Assembly (NCBI GenBank): GCA_030390025.1 | Contig: JASTWF010000166.1 | Span: forward strand, 682,001-746,000 | Direction: 5' to 3' | Origin: Squalus acanthias | Taxonomy: Eukaryota | Length of the DNA: 64,000 nucleotides | Shown: piece after piece, positions 54,101 through 64,000 of the stretch | Position numbering within the stretch: position 1 is the first letter of the stretch | How the letters are laid out: every line of letters begins with the position of its first letter | Notes under the pieces: model-generated | Told to the model about the DNA's origin: nothing | Database searches by the model: none | The model's input: the letters and a program-made list of their open reading frames with translations, nothing else | Translations under genes and position numbers: made by a program

Positions 54101-57100
54101 TAAAGGCAGTCTGCACCTCTTAAAGGGGAGGTGCATTCTGCCTGCAGCAGCTCATTCAACTGGCTAGGGCAGAGAGCGAGAGGAGAAAACTATTGTTCAA
54201 TGGGGAACTGGGGTTGCATTCACTGGTACTGCAGTCGGATGAGTGGATCACTGACAGTCCAGGCAGAAAGGGGCTGTCTGGGTTGCCTCCTCCCTTCCGC
54301 TTCTTTCTCCTCATCCTCAGCTGGTCGCCGTATGTCTGGCGTCTGGCACGACATGCACCAGAAGTGTGTGGACACCATTTTCATCACAAAATGGCACACG
54401 TAGCACCGAACAACCAAGCGCGACGGAGCCGAATTTCTAGCCCTTATTCTCCGAGTATGTGGCCTCCTTATTCTTCCTACCAAAATGCACCACTCACTTT
54501 TCTATACTGAAATTAGTTTGTCAATTACATGCCCATTCTGCAAGTTTATTAATGTCTTCTTGTAATTTGGTACTTCATAAAATAATGGTTCCTGTGCTGC
54601 TGACGCTAGTTGTGGGGGGTTGGGAGGGGGGTCCGGGGGATTTGAAAAAAAAGAGGAAGAAAAGGTGTGTCGTATATAGAGGGCAGGCAGTCAGCCAGGA
54701 CTGAATAGGAGATGCGAAGATGGGTAATTAATTTGGAGCTTTGCTCAATTACTTTTGGGAACCAGAATAAATGGCTAAGATAGAGTCCATGATATTGTAG
54801 GTCTATGGAAAAAGTGTGGTGATGAATGGCAAGTTCTTATTCTGGGTTCTCTCATGTTCTAAAGTCATTTGGAAAACTGATTACCGGATTACGTAATTGG
54901 ACAGCTGTACTTTGCAAATCCTTGTACAAAACAGCTGCTGGAGGAAGCATTTGCCAGTGGCAACCATTATAACACAAACTATATGTCAAGGGCGGTAAAA
55001 GGATCTGTTAATGTAATAATGCACACTCACCAGCAGCTGTGCACACACTCCACAGAGGGAGTTGAGATGGTTTTGTAAAGCTGTAGAAAACACCAACATC
55101 TTGTGGAGCAAGGAGCTCTGTGAACTTTACATTTTTGAAGACATCCTTATTGCAATTCAGAATTGAGGAGGCTTGGTCAGAGATGTATACAATCTGTCCT
55201 GTGATCAGGGAAACGGTTACAGCAAAGATATCCTGCAAAAACAGGCCCAAACCAGCAAGTTGAGAAAAACACAAATCAAAGCAAATGGACATTACTACAT
55301 TCAGTAGTTATATATACACACAAAACAGGTAAATCTTATGAATTCTCAATTTACCATTTAGAAACAAGACTAAGTTGTAAAGAAACGGAAGTGCTACGAT
55401 GGTGAAATGTACTGTATATCCTGTGCTGTAGGATCCAATATAGTTTTACAACAACTAGAGGGGCAAGTTTCCTCAGAGCTTCTCCCGCTCTACACTGTAA
55501 CTTCGGCGGAAACCCCATTTACATGTGGAACTGGGTTTCTGCCGCTGTTAGAGGTGGAACAGGAGAAGCCCCGAAGAAATTCGCTCGCATGATCTTGAAC
55601 AGCTTACAAAAAGACAAGATCCTACCTTATCACCTATCTATTTATATTCAAGTTGTCCAACTATAAAAATCAGTTTCACACATTAGGTGTACACGCCAAG
55701 CTTATTATTCAAGCAATTTATGCCCGCTGACAGATCTTCCGTGGCATTGCTGATGAGTCAGAGGATACACTGTTTTAGAATAGGGGCGTTTATGTCATGC
55801 AGGGTATAACATCAGGGTCCCCGATCTACAGTGAAGGAATAAAGTCGATTTCCATTTCTGTTAAACGGTATCCTAGGATTTTTACTGGTTGAAAATCATG
55901 ACTCTGCCCACTATTCTATCAAAACCATAACTGAATGGCCTTTTCATTTTTATTCCATACCATTTACAAAATGAAGGATTCACTACAAGATGGAATTAGT
56001 TGTCTGGGGCCAGTACTTCATCAGCGCTCTTTTACCAGCGGAATTCAGGCTGGGCAGGACTTCTTCCCACCTTGAAGTTGTGGAACTGACCCTGCTGTAA
56101 ATCGTGGGCTCAGCTAATTTAAATATGCAGAGGTTGGCAGGCTGTCAAAATATGGCCTGCAAAGCTAAAACAGATTTTGGCAACTTCCACAACTTAGGTT
56201 TTAAGATTTCCCGGTCGAGCAAATAAAATACATAAAGATCATTTAGACTGCATCAAACATGGGAACGCCCTTGCTGCAACTAGTGTAAATCTTATTGAGC
56301 TATGTCATACAGATACTGTTCCTTCTTTAAACCATGCAAAAGTTACTTGCAGCCAGCTTCTGACGCATTTAGAGAAATCTGATATGTAATTTCTTTTTTT
56401 TTTAAATATAGTGTCTGAGATCAAGGAAAGTTTTAAAATTTTAGTGGGCCCAAATGGGGTAAAGCAACTAAATAGAAATTGTACTAAGCACATTATATTT
56501 TATTACACACGTAGCACAGGAAAAGGTATATTTCACTGCGAGTGGCATATGCTTTCTTCTGTTGGTCATGCTGAAAGTTATACCTGCTCTGCATGGCTGA
56601 GTTACGACAATTATATACATTTTTGGATTATAATGCCACGTAAATCAGTATACTTACACTACCATAGTGACGCTACAAAAGGGGAGCTGAAAACATGCGC
56701 TAGCCCCAAAGGCTTAAAAACTGAACCGCAACAGAACAGAAAGTGCTACTCAAGTCAAATGATGTGACTCTTGTGTGTACAGCTTTGAAGACCTTCCAGG
56801 CTTCAAAACCCATCATCAGCAAGCAATATGCCCCAATAGCTACAAGATACAAAAAGTTCCAACTGATGAGATTTCATAAATTCTTGATGTTAAAATGATG
56901 CAATTTTACCAGAGTGCCTGCCAGTTGTAGAGGATGAAGTGTTACATCGGAACAGCATTAGGCCATTCAGCCCCTTGAACCTGTTCCGCCATTCAATTAG
57001 ATCATAGCTGATCTGAATCTTACCCACCTTAGTTATATATCCCTCAATACGATAACTAATTTTGGACAAGCTAGAAATTGCTTGGTTTTCTTTTAAGGAA

Positions 57101-59875
57101 TAATAGAGAAACGTTGACAAAAATAGCATTTGACTCAAAGTTCATATGAAGTCCTTCCTACGCAACACTATCACAAAGGTTATGTACTATATTTTGATAG
57201 TTTTCAGTACTTACAGCATTTTTCAAGGTGTATTCAGAGGTGATGTTCTCTACTTCGTCAACAGTGAAGGAGTTCATGCTCAAGCTACTCGGTTCAGAGT
57301 CATCATTCATTAGCAACTTGTAGTATTCTTCATTAGCTGCAGAAAATAGTAAAATTATAGTTGCGTTTAAACACTTGCTAAATTAAACGTGTAATAGTCA
57401 AAGAATATAAAACGACCAGTTGTATCTCAAAATGCTCAGCAAAGACAAAAGTTGTCTTTCTTTCTCTGATTCAGCACGCAAAAGCCTCCAAAAACTAAAC
57501 AAAAATAATGCTGGATATATCGAGGAGAGTCTAGTCAAATTAATGAAATGAAAACTTGGAGCGTACAACGGCTGGCATTTCAATGCTTTCCTCTAATGAT
57601 TCAACAGCTGATAAGAGAATGGGGGCGACTTTAACCCTATCCGCCCTGCGGAAAGCAGGCGAGTGTGCAGTTGAAATCGCCCAGGTTATTAACCTGCCCT
57701 GGAGCAGCTGGGAGGTGACCTGACCTAACCTGACTTTAACCTGCTCTACTAACCATGCAGCAAGCAAAACCCAGCCAAAACCGGCAGGGTCCTTCTTCAT
57801 ATATGCATATCAGGTCCCGGTGTGGTCATCGGGGCTGGACTGCAGTTTTACCTCAATGGCCTGGGTGGAAAGCTGCAGTGGTTTGAATTTTTTTTAAACC
57901 TCTCTCCACATAGCAACAACCAGCTTTTCTTATTCTATATATCCTCATGTTCTTGTCAGTCTATGGAGTTAGGATACACATGGAAGTACCTCTCTCTTGC
58001 CCATCCTCAAAAATGTTATTCTCTTTTTAAAAGTACTGTAAACCTACCTCTGACTTGTTTTACACATCGCAGTGCATACTTCAGTGTAGAAAGTGTCCCG
58101 GATTTTCCTTTAGTCATCTTCTCAGCTGGCAGGTGTCTTTTTAAGACACTCAGTGCTTTTATCAACTCTTTCTGTGTCTTTGCTTTAGCAGATTGATCAC
58201 TACTGCAATACAAATATAAACTCTCAGCTTTAATTCCATATTTAAAGTCATTTTTATAGGCAATGTTCATGGCCCTCAAGCTATAACCAAGCAAGCTGTA
58301 TGGATTAATGTAAGCAATATGAAAGCGAAAAGAAAGGTGGCTTTTCACCAATTCTTCTTGAGGTAGTCATTTCATTATCTGATTCAGTTCATTAAATTTA
58401 ACTTAAACAGGACAAAAATTGGAGAAGTTTATGGTGATGCTACTCTTGACTAGCCCTCACTCTCATATTATAGAAAAATAGCTTACAACTCCATAAATGG
58501 CTCATTGAGTTTATTCAGAGTAGCTGAGCCATAAAGACCAGTAACATCCCCCTTTTGTTCCCCTGTCTCTGCTGAGTAAGCTGAAGCCAGGCAATATTAG
58601 CGCTACAGCTGGGCATAGCTCCATTGGGTTTGAAAAGGGAGTGGAAGGAAAGCCAGGGCTCCCACTCCTGATCACAAGCTCGTGATCCTTGCTGGAAGTG
58701 TGGGTATCAGGTGACCAGATTAGTCCACATGCTTGATTATGCAGCTGACACTCCACTCTTCAGACTCTCAATGAAAAATAGGCACTTGGGTGAGTTCCCA
58801 TGGGGCAATTGGAGGTTGTAAAACCATATCTAGCAAGGGGTGAAGATCTTCAGGAAAAGGATGAGGAAAAATAGTAACTGACAACTAAACTGCCCCATCA
58901 GCCTATCAGGGTGTCTGGCACATCTGTAAATAACTTGCATGAACTGGTTTGGAGAAAGAACAAACCCACTTTATTGTAGGTGTTGTATAAAATTTTAATT
59001 AGCACACATCATGCTTCCAGGAAATGTTAAAACGGAATTTGTAATTAGGATAGACAGCACAAATGAAAATATCCTGCATTCTTTATTTCTTGTAGATTAT
59101 AACTGCAAAACAGATTGGGCTCGGGCCAGCAAATTGTACTTGTAATAGAACAGTATTCACCGTATTCACAAATGAAACAGATATAGAGCCTGTAAATACA
59201 ACATATCAATGTGTTGCCTTCACTGGTTGTACGAGGGATTGAAATCTGCAATACACTGTAGAAAGCTGGCAAAAACATATAGTATCTGTAAAAATGCACT
59301 GCATATCTTTCATTTGTTTACTGTTAATCCACTGTCCAGGTTGGATGGGTAGCGGGGCGGGAATGAGAGAAGGAAAAAGTTTACTTAAAAAGGGGAGGTT
59401 TACTAGTTCAGTGGCTTACAGACGGGGCTCAAATTTGATCTCATTGAAAATCTCCTGTCGGTAAGAATCCTACATGAACTGCCCATCACACAGCATTAAT
59501 TGGTACCTTACTCAAAGGCCAGTGCAGAAAATCAAAAATACTGGTGCAGTATGGGGTGCTTAACAGGTTGGGGTTAAAGCACATTGGTGAGCAGATTAGA
59601 GGGAGCTTTACTCTGCACCTACATATGGTGTACCTAGCCAGCAAGTACTTGGTGCCGACACTGAGTAACCAAAATGGAAAGTGTTCTACTTGCCATCACT
59701 AACATTCCTCACTTTGTTGAGCACAAAAATTACCCCCAAAAGTTAAAACACTTAACAGACAAGGACCAGCACCTACCTGCAACCACTTGTTGAGGGATTG
59801 TCCTGTTCCGAGCTAGCACTAATGAGGCTGAATCCATTTGAACTGCTGTGAAGTGACAGGCTCTGAGAATTGGAA
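23937..59875 (-). CDS. PER2: Period circadian protein, PER2-like (21 coding exons in window; 5' end outside window)
   Basis: Spliced exons give an uninterrupted frame (3736 nt = 1 + 1245 codons). It contains PAS-A, PAS-B/PAC, the SSGYGS degron, the CK1-binding region ([25 protein letters not shown]), [17 protein letters not shown] and the C-terminal CRY-binding domain. Most diagnostic motifs resemble PER2, some resemble PER1. PER family is certain; orthology is less so. Confidence 0.85.
25407..25761. mobile_element. Short inverted-repeat Penelope derivative in the last PER intron
   Basis: Two oppositely oriented copies of the terminal sequence seen at 2898-3100 and 6150-6303; hammerhead boxes at 25629-25665 (+). 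Confidence 0.85.
26560..26710 (-). CDS. PER2: PER exon, 151 nt ([28 protein letters not shown]...IDVT)
   Basis: AG/GT boundaries; CRY-binding coiled coil. Confidence 0.95.
28472..28647. mobile_element. 176-bp MITE (TIR GGGGTAGAT...ATCTACCCC); relatives near 30229-30382, 39695-39845, 45140-45285
   Basis: TIRs, internal dyad symmetry, and an empty paralogous site at about 28328. Confidence 0.8.
29373..29565 (-). CDS. PER2: PER exon, 193 nt ([16 protein letters not shown]...QDPVWL...MMTYQLPSR)
   Basis: AG/GT boundaries; start of CRY-binding domain; absent from the ORF track. Confidence 0.95.
30868..31036 (-). CDS. PER2: PER exon, 169 nt (...[18 protein letters not shown]...SG-rich)
   Basis: AG/GT boundaries; LxxLL motif and Ser/Gly tract. 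Confidence 0.93.
31850..34000. mobile_element. Decayed CR1: minus-strand 3' piece (about 31850-32120) abutting a plus-strand RT piece (about 32125-34000)
   Basis: [58 protein letters not shown]; ends approximate. Confidence 0.85.
33189..33928. mobile_element. 740-bp non-autonomous DNA transposon (PIF/Harbinger-like) nested in CR1
   Basis: Perfect 12-bp TIR GGCCCAAAAATT; 3-bp flanking repeat ATA; CpG-rich subterminal regions. Confidence 0.85.
34765..34988 (+). mobile_element. Penelope 3'-terminal fragment with intact hammerhead motif (34886-34922)
   Basis: Near-identical to 6045-6268; AGTT-CTGACGA-AGGGTCATCGGCCT-GAAAC-GTT-AACT. Confidence 0.88.
35163..35980 (-). CDS. PER2: PER large exon, 818 nt ([14 protein letters not shown], proline-rich region, [13 protein letters not shown])
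   Basis: ctacag acceptor, gtaagt donor; matches ORF 35142..35939. Confidence 0.95.
36509..37526. mobile_element. Harbinger-derived element with Myb/SANT-like remnant
   Basis: GGGG...CCCC ends flanked by ACA/ACA; minus-strand peptide [27 protein letters not shown] resembles Harbinger Myb-like proteins. Confidence 0.6.
37915..38181 (-). CDS. PER2: PER exon, 267 nt (...[27 protein letters not shown]...; CK1-binding B)
   Basis: AG/GT boundaries; matches ORF 37865..38188. Confidence 0.93.
38970..39300 (-). mobile_element. L2 3' end (another short piece at about 38630-38710)
   Basis: caacaacaacctgcatttatatagcacc, reverse-complement match to 16900-17140. Confidence 0.85.
39979..40170 (-). CDS. 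PER2: PER exon, 192 nt, with FASP-like cluster (...[25 protein letters not shown]...)
   Basis: AG/GT boundaries; [16 protein letters not shown] motif. Confidence 0.92.
40729..40835 (-). CDS. PER2: PER exon, 107 nt ([27 protein letters not shown]...)
   Basis: AG/GT boundaries; YLxS...KRKC motif. Confidence 0.9.
41040..41461 (+). mobile_element. DeuSINE/SacSINE1-like SINE (degenerate)
   Basis: tRNA-like head, ggatgtaaaagatcccatg core, L2-like tail; homologous to 43757-44176. Confidence 0.75.
41841..42009 (-). CDS. PER2: PER exon, 169 nt, ending [13 protein letters not shown] (CK1-binding A)
   Basis: AG/GT boundaries; phase-consistent. Confidence 0.9.
43363..43471 (-). CDS. PER2: PER exon, 109 nt ([25 protein letters not shown]...)
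   Basis: AG/GT boundaries, phase 0 to 1; TFQxICKDVH motif. Confidence 0.9.
43757..44176 (+). mobile_element. DeuSINE/SacSINE1-like SINE
   Basis: Pol III A-box-like TGTCTCAGTGG, B-box GGTTCAAGCC, Deu-like core (gcactattcgaagaagagcag), L2-type tail ggtgctatataaacgcaagtc. Confidence 0.8.
45328..45459 (-). CDS. PER2: PER exon, 132 nt, with beta-TrCP phosphodegron ([19 protein letters not shown]...)
   Basis: AG/GT boundaries; SSGYGS at 45424-45441. Confidence 0.95.
45564..45672 (-). CDS. PER2: PER exon, 109 nt (GPLNEDVF...[14 protein letters not shown])
   Basis: AG/GT boundaries; NES-like motif. Confidence 0.95.
46384..46537 (-). CDS. PER2: PER exon, 154 nt ([16 protein letters not shown]...[21 protein letters not shown])
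   Basis: AG/GT boundaries; PAC region with the conserved NPWSRK tryptophan. Confidence 0.96.
47644..47750 (-). CDS. PER2: PER exon, 107 nt ([35 protein letters not shown])
   Basis: AG/GT boundaries; PAS-B core. Confidence 0.95.
48478..48556 (-). CDS. PER2: PER exon, 79 nt ([27 protein letters not shown])
   Basis: AG/GT boundaries; start of PAS-B. Confidence 0.95.
49969..50111 (-). CDS. PER2: PER exon, 143 nt (...[10 protein letters not shown]...[14 protein letters not shown])
   Basis: AG/GT boundaries; conserved end of PAS-A. Confidence 0.95.
51722..51773 (-). CDS. PER2: PER exon, 52 nt ([18 protein letters not shown])
   Basis: ttcag acceptor, gtgagt donor; EKSFFCR motif. Confidence 0.93.
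52497..53077. mobile_element. Harbinger-like non-autonomous element (relatives near 57560-57900 and 60100-60670)
   Basis: Imperfect TIRs ggggctgattttca / tgaaaatccaccc; shared internal motifs such as tttgtggggcc(c)aga. Confidence 0.6.
53620..53900 (-). mobile_element. CR1 3' end fragment (shorter ones near 46875-46940 and 56950-57050)
   Basis: catagaat tail; [14 protein letters not shown] peptide. Confidence 0.8.
53920..54443. mobile_element. PIF/Harbinger-type MITE, 524 bp
   Basis: TIR GGGCTAAAAATT / AATTTCTAGCCC with TTA duplicated on both sides (53917-53919, 54444-54446). Confidence 0.85.
55031..55232 (-). CDS. PER2: PER exon, 202 nt, PAS-A ([21 protein letters not shown]...[10 protein letters not shown])
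   Basis: AG/GT boundaries; PAS-A motif; overlaps ORF 55008..55292. Confidence 0.95.
57215..57336 (-). CDS. PER2: PER exon, 122 nt ([10 protein letters not shown]...[10 protein letters not shown])
   Basis: AG/GT boundaries, phase-consistent, ANEEYY and ITSEYTLKN motifs; absent from the ORF track. Confidence 0.95.
58048..58202 (-). CDS. PER2: PER exon, 155 nt ([17 protein letters not shown]...[12 protein letters not shown])
   Basis: AG/GT boundaries; N-terminal helical region of PER proteins. Confidence 0.95.
59777..59875 (-). CDS. PER2: PER exon, 99 nt ([33 protein letters not shown])
   Basis: tgcag acceptor, gtaggt donor; conserved [12 protein letters not shown] motif. Confidence 0.9.
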
Positions 59876-62800
59876 CTGCATAATAATAAAAAAGTTGTAT
59901 TACAGCCATTATCCCTGTAATAAATGTCCAAAGCAACAGCAATGTTAAAACATATTCATTAGTTTCATACTGGCCTTTACACACACTAAACAAGCTACAC
60001 ACTGAGCATTACTGCTGACCAAGTTACAAAGTTAAGTTAGTGCCCAAAGCTCAAAAGGGAATGCTTTAGATGGAATTAGTTACCAGGCAGCTGAAACACC
60101 AGACTGCTGGAGAGCTGTGGTGGGAGGCACGGTTCCTTTCAGGGACCGGGCCTTATTAACGCAAAGGCGGAGAGCTGCACGCTCTCAAGGGACATACTAA
60201 TATAACTCACCAGTTCCAGGCCAGCAGAATATTGAGCGGCCCAGAGGCCGACCCAGCCGGGAAAAAGGTAGGTTGGGGGTGGGGAGTAACCCAGGGGCAG
60301 CAGTGGCCCACATTATTCTTGTCGAGTCCAAGGAAGCACTCCTGCTCCTCTGGGCCCCACAAAAATAATTTCAACACTTACCTTTTCAGGCCTCTTCTGC
60401 TGTAGTGCTAAGTTTCACTGAGCAGAGCGCCTTCCGCGAACACGCAAGCCAGCCTGGCCATTAAAATGGCACCAGGGTCCTATCTACATCATAGAATCCT
60501 GATTTGCATGAAGTCATGAGGCTCCCACCTGATTCAGCCTCGGCCGCTTATGAAAACACCAGAGGGTAATATGGCGGTGGACTGGAAACAAGGCGCCAAG
60601 TCCACCGCTACGATTTTAACTCCACTATTGCCTGGTTTCCGCTAGGAGGAGGGAATTAAAATTGGACCTTTCGTTTCATCAACTGGCAGAATTAACATGA
60701 TGGAAATTGCCTTCGCTGTGCCACAAGTGGTACTGAAGTAAACCCAGAAGCTGAGCCTACTCTATACATACACACAAGTGAACATTAATACTGTCTACAT
60801 TCAACATCGGGGTTTTACACACATTTTCTATCTTACAAGCCAAAATATAGGGTAACACATGGACCCAGTATAATTTACTATCATCTTGAGTTACATAAGG
60901 GGCGTCAACATAAAATTTCCAAACACACCCAGAAACACAACACAATAATAAAAGCCACAGGCTGTTGCTTAATTGGGATCTAGTTTATTCCGGAAGACTA
61001 AGTGCAAGTCATATACATACACTGAAACATTGGCGATAATATGTTTGCTATGAAACTATAAGCACCTGAAAAAAAACCCAGATGTAACAAAACTTAAAAC
61101 AAGGGGCTCTCACCAAAATGCTCTAAGAGTACCATGAGGTATTTTAAATGCTACATTGTCCAACAGCCTTTTGACTGGTTCAACAAAGCTATTCCCTGAA
61201 CTTAAAGTCCATCCTTATCCTAAAAACAAGGGGTAAAAGAAAATATCTATTTTGGGATAGGTTTCTTCTGTGCACTACTTGGTGAAATGGTCAGAAGGTT
61301 TCTGAAGAATCATGATTTTCCTGCAAAGAGCAGAGGAATTTTCCTCTCATGTTTATTTCTATCTCTCAACATTGTGTCATTTATTTTGTTGTCTTGTATA
61401 GTTAGCCATTTGTGTCTTCTTTCATGGTCTTTATTACTCCACTCATTTAGAACATCCTTCTGCAAAAAGCAAAGCAGTAAATGCCATTGGGTCAGGGCGA
61501 TGGTGATGAGTAGGGGAACGCCAATGGGAAAACATGTTTCTGCCATGTAGAGAATGGGCACTGGAGTACAAAGTTCTAATGCTATGGAAAATACTCCAGG
61601 GAATGTACTTTCTATAGAATTAGGACTGTATGTTTATCCAGGAATTGTGTATGCATATTCTGGGAACACCCCAAGTACAAAGATGCAGGATAGGAATCAC
61701 TGTAAGCGACATTATCCAATGAGTATTTTAAATATGCTCGTACCAAATTGCCCTCTTATTTTAAAAGAGGCATTATCTCATTTATTTGAACGGGTTAATA
61801 CCTCCAGTAAATAGTGGCAGAGGAATTTGATATGAGCGTATCAGCTTTTGTACAGTAATTACTACTCTCAAACCGCTTTTGAAATGGTTACGACTGCAGA
61901 TGCCTCCAGCAGTTATGTAACATTACTGCAGCACGTACCCGGCCTTGAAATCCTGCCTTAAGCAAATAAAGTACATGTGAGCAGCAGTCTGTTATACAAT
62001 CAGTTACGTGATATTTGCATGCTTCGTGGCCAATACTTCCTCAATCCAACTGGCTTTAGGAGGCACAGAAACACAAAACTTGTACCACTTTCCACGAGAT
62101 AAATCATTTTAAAGCAATAGCATTTTGCAAACCAAAAGAAACTTTTTTCTTCAGAAAACACTGTAAAATTAAGAGGGTAATTGCGGTCTTTATGCAAGAC
62201 CTATTAAGTGTCCCACCCCACTTCCTTCCAGAAATCCACGTAGTCAGCTTCATTGGAATGTGTTGACTCACTGTACACATATTGCCTAATTAGCCATTTA
62301 GTTCTCAATACAGGTCTTAATAAAAGGCTTGCATCTTATTTCAAGATATTTATTTTAAAACCATAATTTAAAAAAAAAAGACAAGAGTGAATAGCAGCCA
62401 TCCAGACCAGGACGGTCCCAGTTTCAGTTCACATTCTATGCCCAATTAGGATCTCAGCAGGCGGTGGTTGAAAAGCTCCGCGGCAGCTTAGGTTTAGGGA
62501 AAGGAAAGCCAGTCAGGGTTCTCGCTCCTAATCTTCAGCCAGTGACTAACGCTTGTGGGGATGTTGAATGAGGCTCAACTGTGATCCCTACCCCACAATT
62601 GAGGAGCTTGCTGACACTCCTCATTGAGACTCACAGGTACACAGTCACTTGAACGAGGTGCTGAGTGCGCATATGAAAAGGGACCCCAGCAACTAATCAC
62701 ATATCTTCAGGCAAGGAGGGGAGAAAATTAAAAAAAGATGTTTTAAGTAAGCATATGTATCTTGTAAAAACACTAAATCCTGCACATAAAACTAGTATTG

Positions 62801-64000
62801 TAGCCATGGCTCATTAAGCTAAAGAGGAATAGTGAGCTGCTGGATGTCACTATATAGGTTCGCTAAAAGGGTAATAATCATTAAAGCTAATAAATCGAGT
62901 GGCATATCTGTAAGAATAAAATGATGGTACTGTAAGTGCAAGAATAAAAAAAGCATAACTCCTTAGAACACGCTCATTTTATTTGGACTAAAAAATACAT
63001 TTTCTCAAAAGAAGGTCACTTAATAACCTCCTACAACTGTCCTTGTTATTGGTGTAACCATCTTTAATGCTGAGAAAAATGCATTAACCAGATGGAAAAG
63101 AAAGTGCCAACCCTCAATACTGTACATCCATATTACTTTAAATACATGAGTAGAAATTACTTGGAACCAACCTGGCAGTAGGTTTAAATTTTTCAAATGA
63201 GAGAGGCATGCAAGGAAGCCTCTTATTTCGGATATATACTTCAGCAAATCTTCGTTTTCTTTTCTTTGTATTAGTACTTCAGAAATTACACAGCAAACAT
63301 CAGAAGAATGTCATATTTTATAATGTTAAACATAAAAGACGACAAAGTATATTAACTATAATTTGATAGCTACAGCATAGTCATGCACCCAATTTATATT
63401 TTATATAAAATTAAACAAGGCTAAACATTTCATTTGTACACGTTATTTTCCCAAGTTATGAATAGGGAGTTTTCAAATGACAATTCAATTCAAATTTATC
63501 TCCAATACATGCAACAAGTTTAACACTGCCAAATATCTTAATTTCATTGCTCAAGCAATAGTGGAAGACAGTTAAAGATTGAGTTCCAAACTACTTAAAT
63601 TTGCCACATCTGAAACATTTAAAAAAAAATACAACTTTGTTTGAAGTGACTAATAGAAAGTAATGGATGATCAATATTTCAGCACTGAAATCAAGTTAAG
63701 AACTAAAGTGATGCAAAGTAAAATAACCAAACAGCACACGGCCAGCATAAATGGTCCAAATTCTTTTTGGGGGAGTGGGATAAGAGTAAGAAGTGTTTCG
63801 CTCTTCTTCCTTGGTCTCCCTGCATCACATGCGGTCGAGCTGGTGGGCCACCTGCTCGACCTCCAATAATGTTGCTATGAAACCTGCCATTAGGAAGTAT
63901 GCAAAATCAACCGGGATGGCTCTACCTTACAGTTTTCCTTCCATGTGGGAAAGTGCATGACCTCCATTCAGCATAAATCAAAAGCTTATCAGGTGTCTGC

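Noticed and set aside
59876-64000. PER start-codon exon or promoter
   Set aside because: I found no exon with the expected N-terminal PER motifs and no CpG island; it presumably lies beyond the window.
1-64000. CRISPR array or prokaryotic-type system
   Set aside because: No regularly spaced direct repeats or operon-like ORFs; the RT and GIY-YIG ORFs are explained by eukaryotic retroelements.

Overview
Eukaryotic DNA, most likely from a shark or other cartilaginous fish (inferred from the CR1, L2, Penelope, DeuSINE-type and Harbinger repeat landscape). The minus strand carries one protein-coding gene, a Period circadian clock gene most similar to PER2. I reconstructed 21 GT-AG coding exons from 59875 to the TAG at 23937 (3736 nt, continuous frame, about 1244 aa). 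The ATG exon and promoter lie beyond the window end. The rest is intron, 3'UTR and downstream DNA rich in decayed transposons. Most notable: (1) the PER protein lacks one SxxS unit of the FASP cluster, has SxCC instead of the CxxC CRY zinc ligands, and differs at several other conserved sites, so it may be a divergent paralog; (2) Penelope elements carry minimal hammerhead ribozymes of two families, and the only copy in sense orientation inside a PER intron is broken; (3) an L2 contains a templated insertion copied from its own 3' end and flank; (4) several nested insertions have readable TSDs. I found no evidence of an entirely new biological system. All comparisons to known proteins and repeats are from recall, not from database searches.
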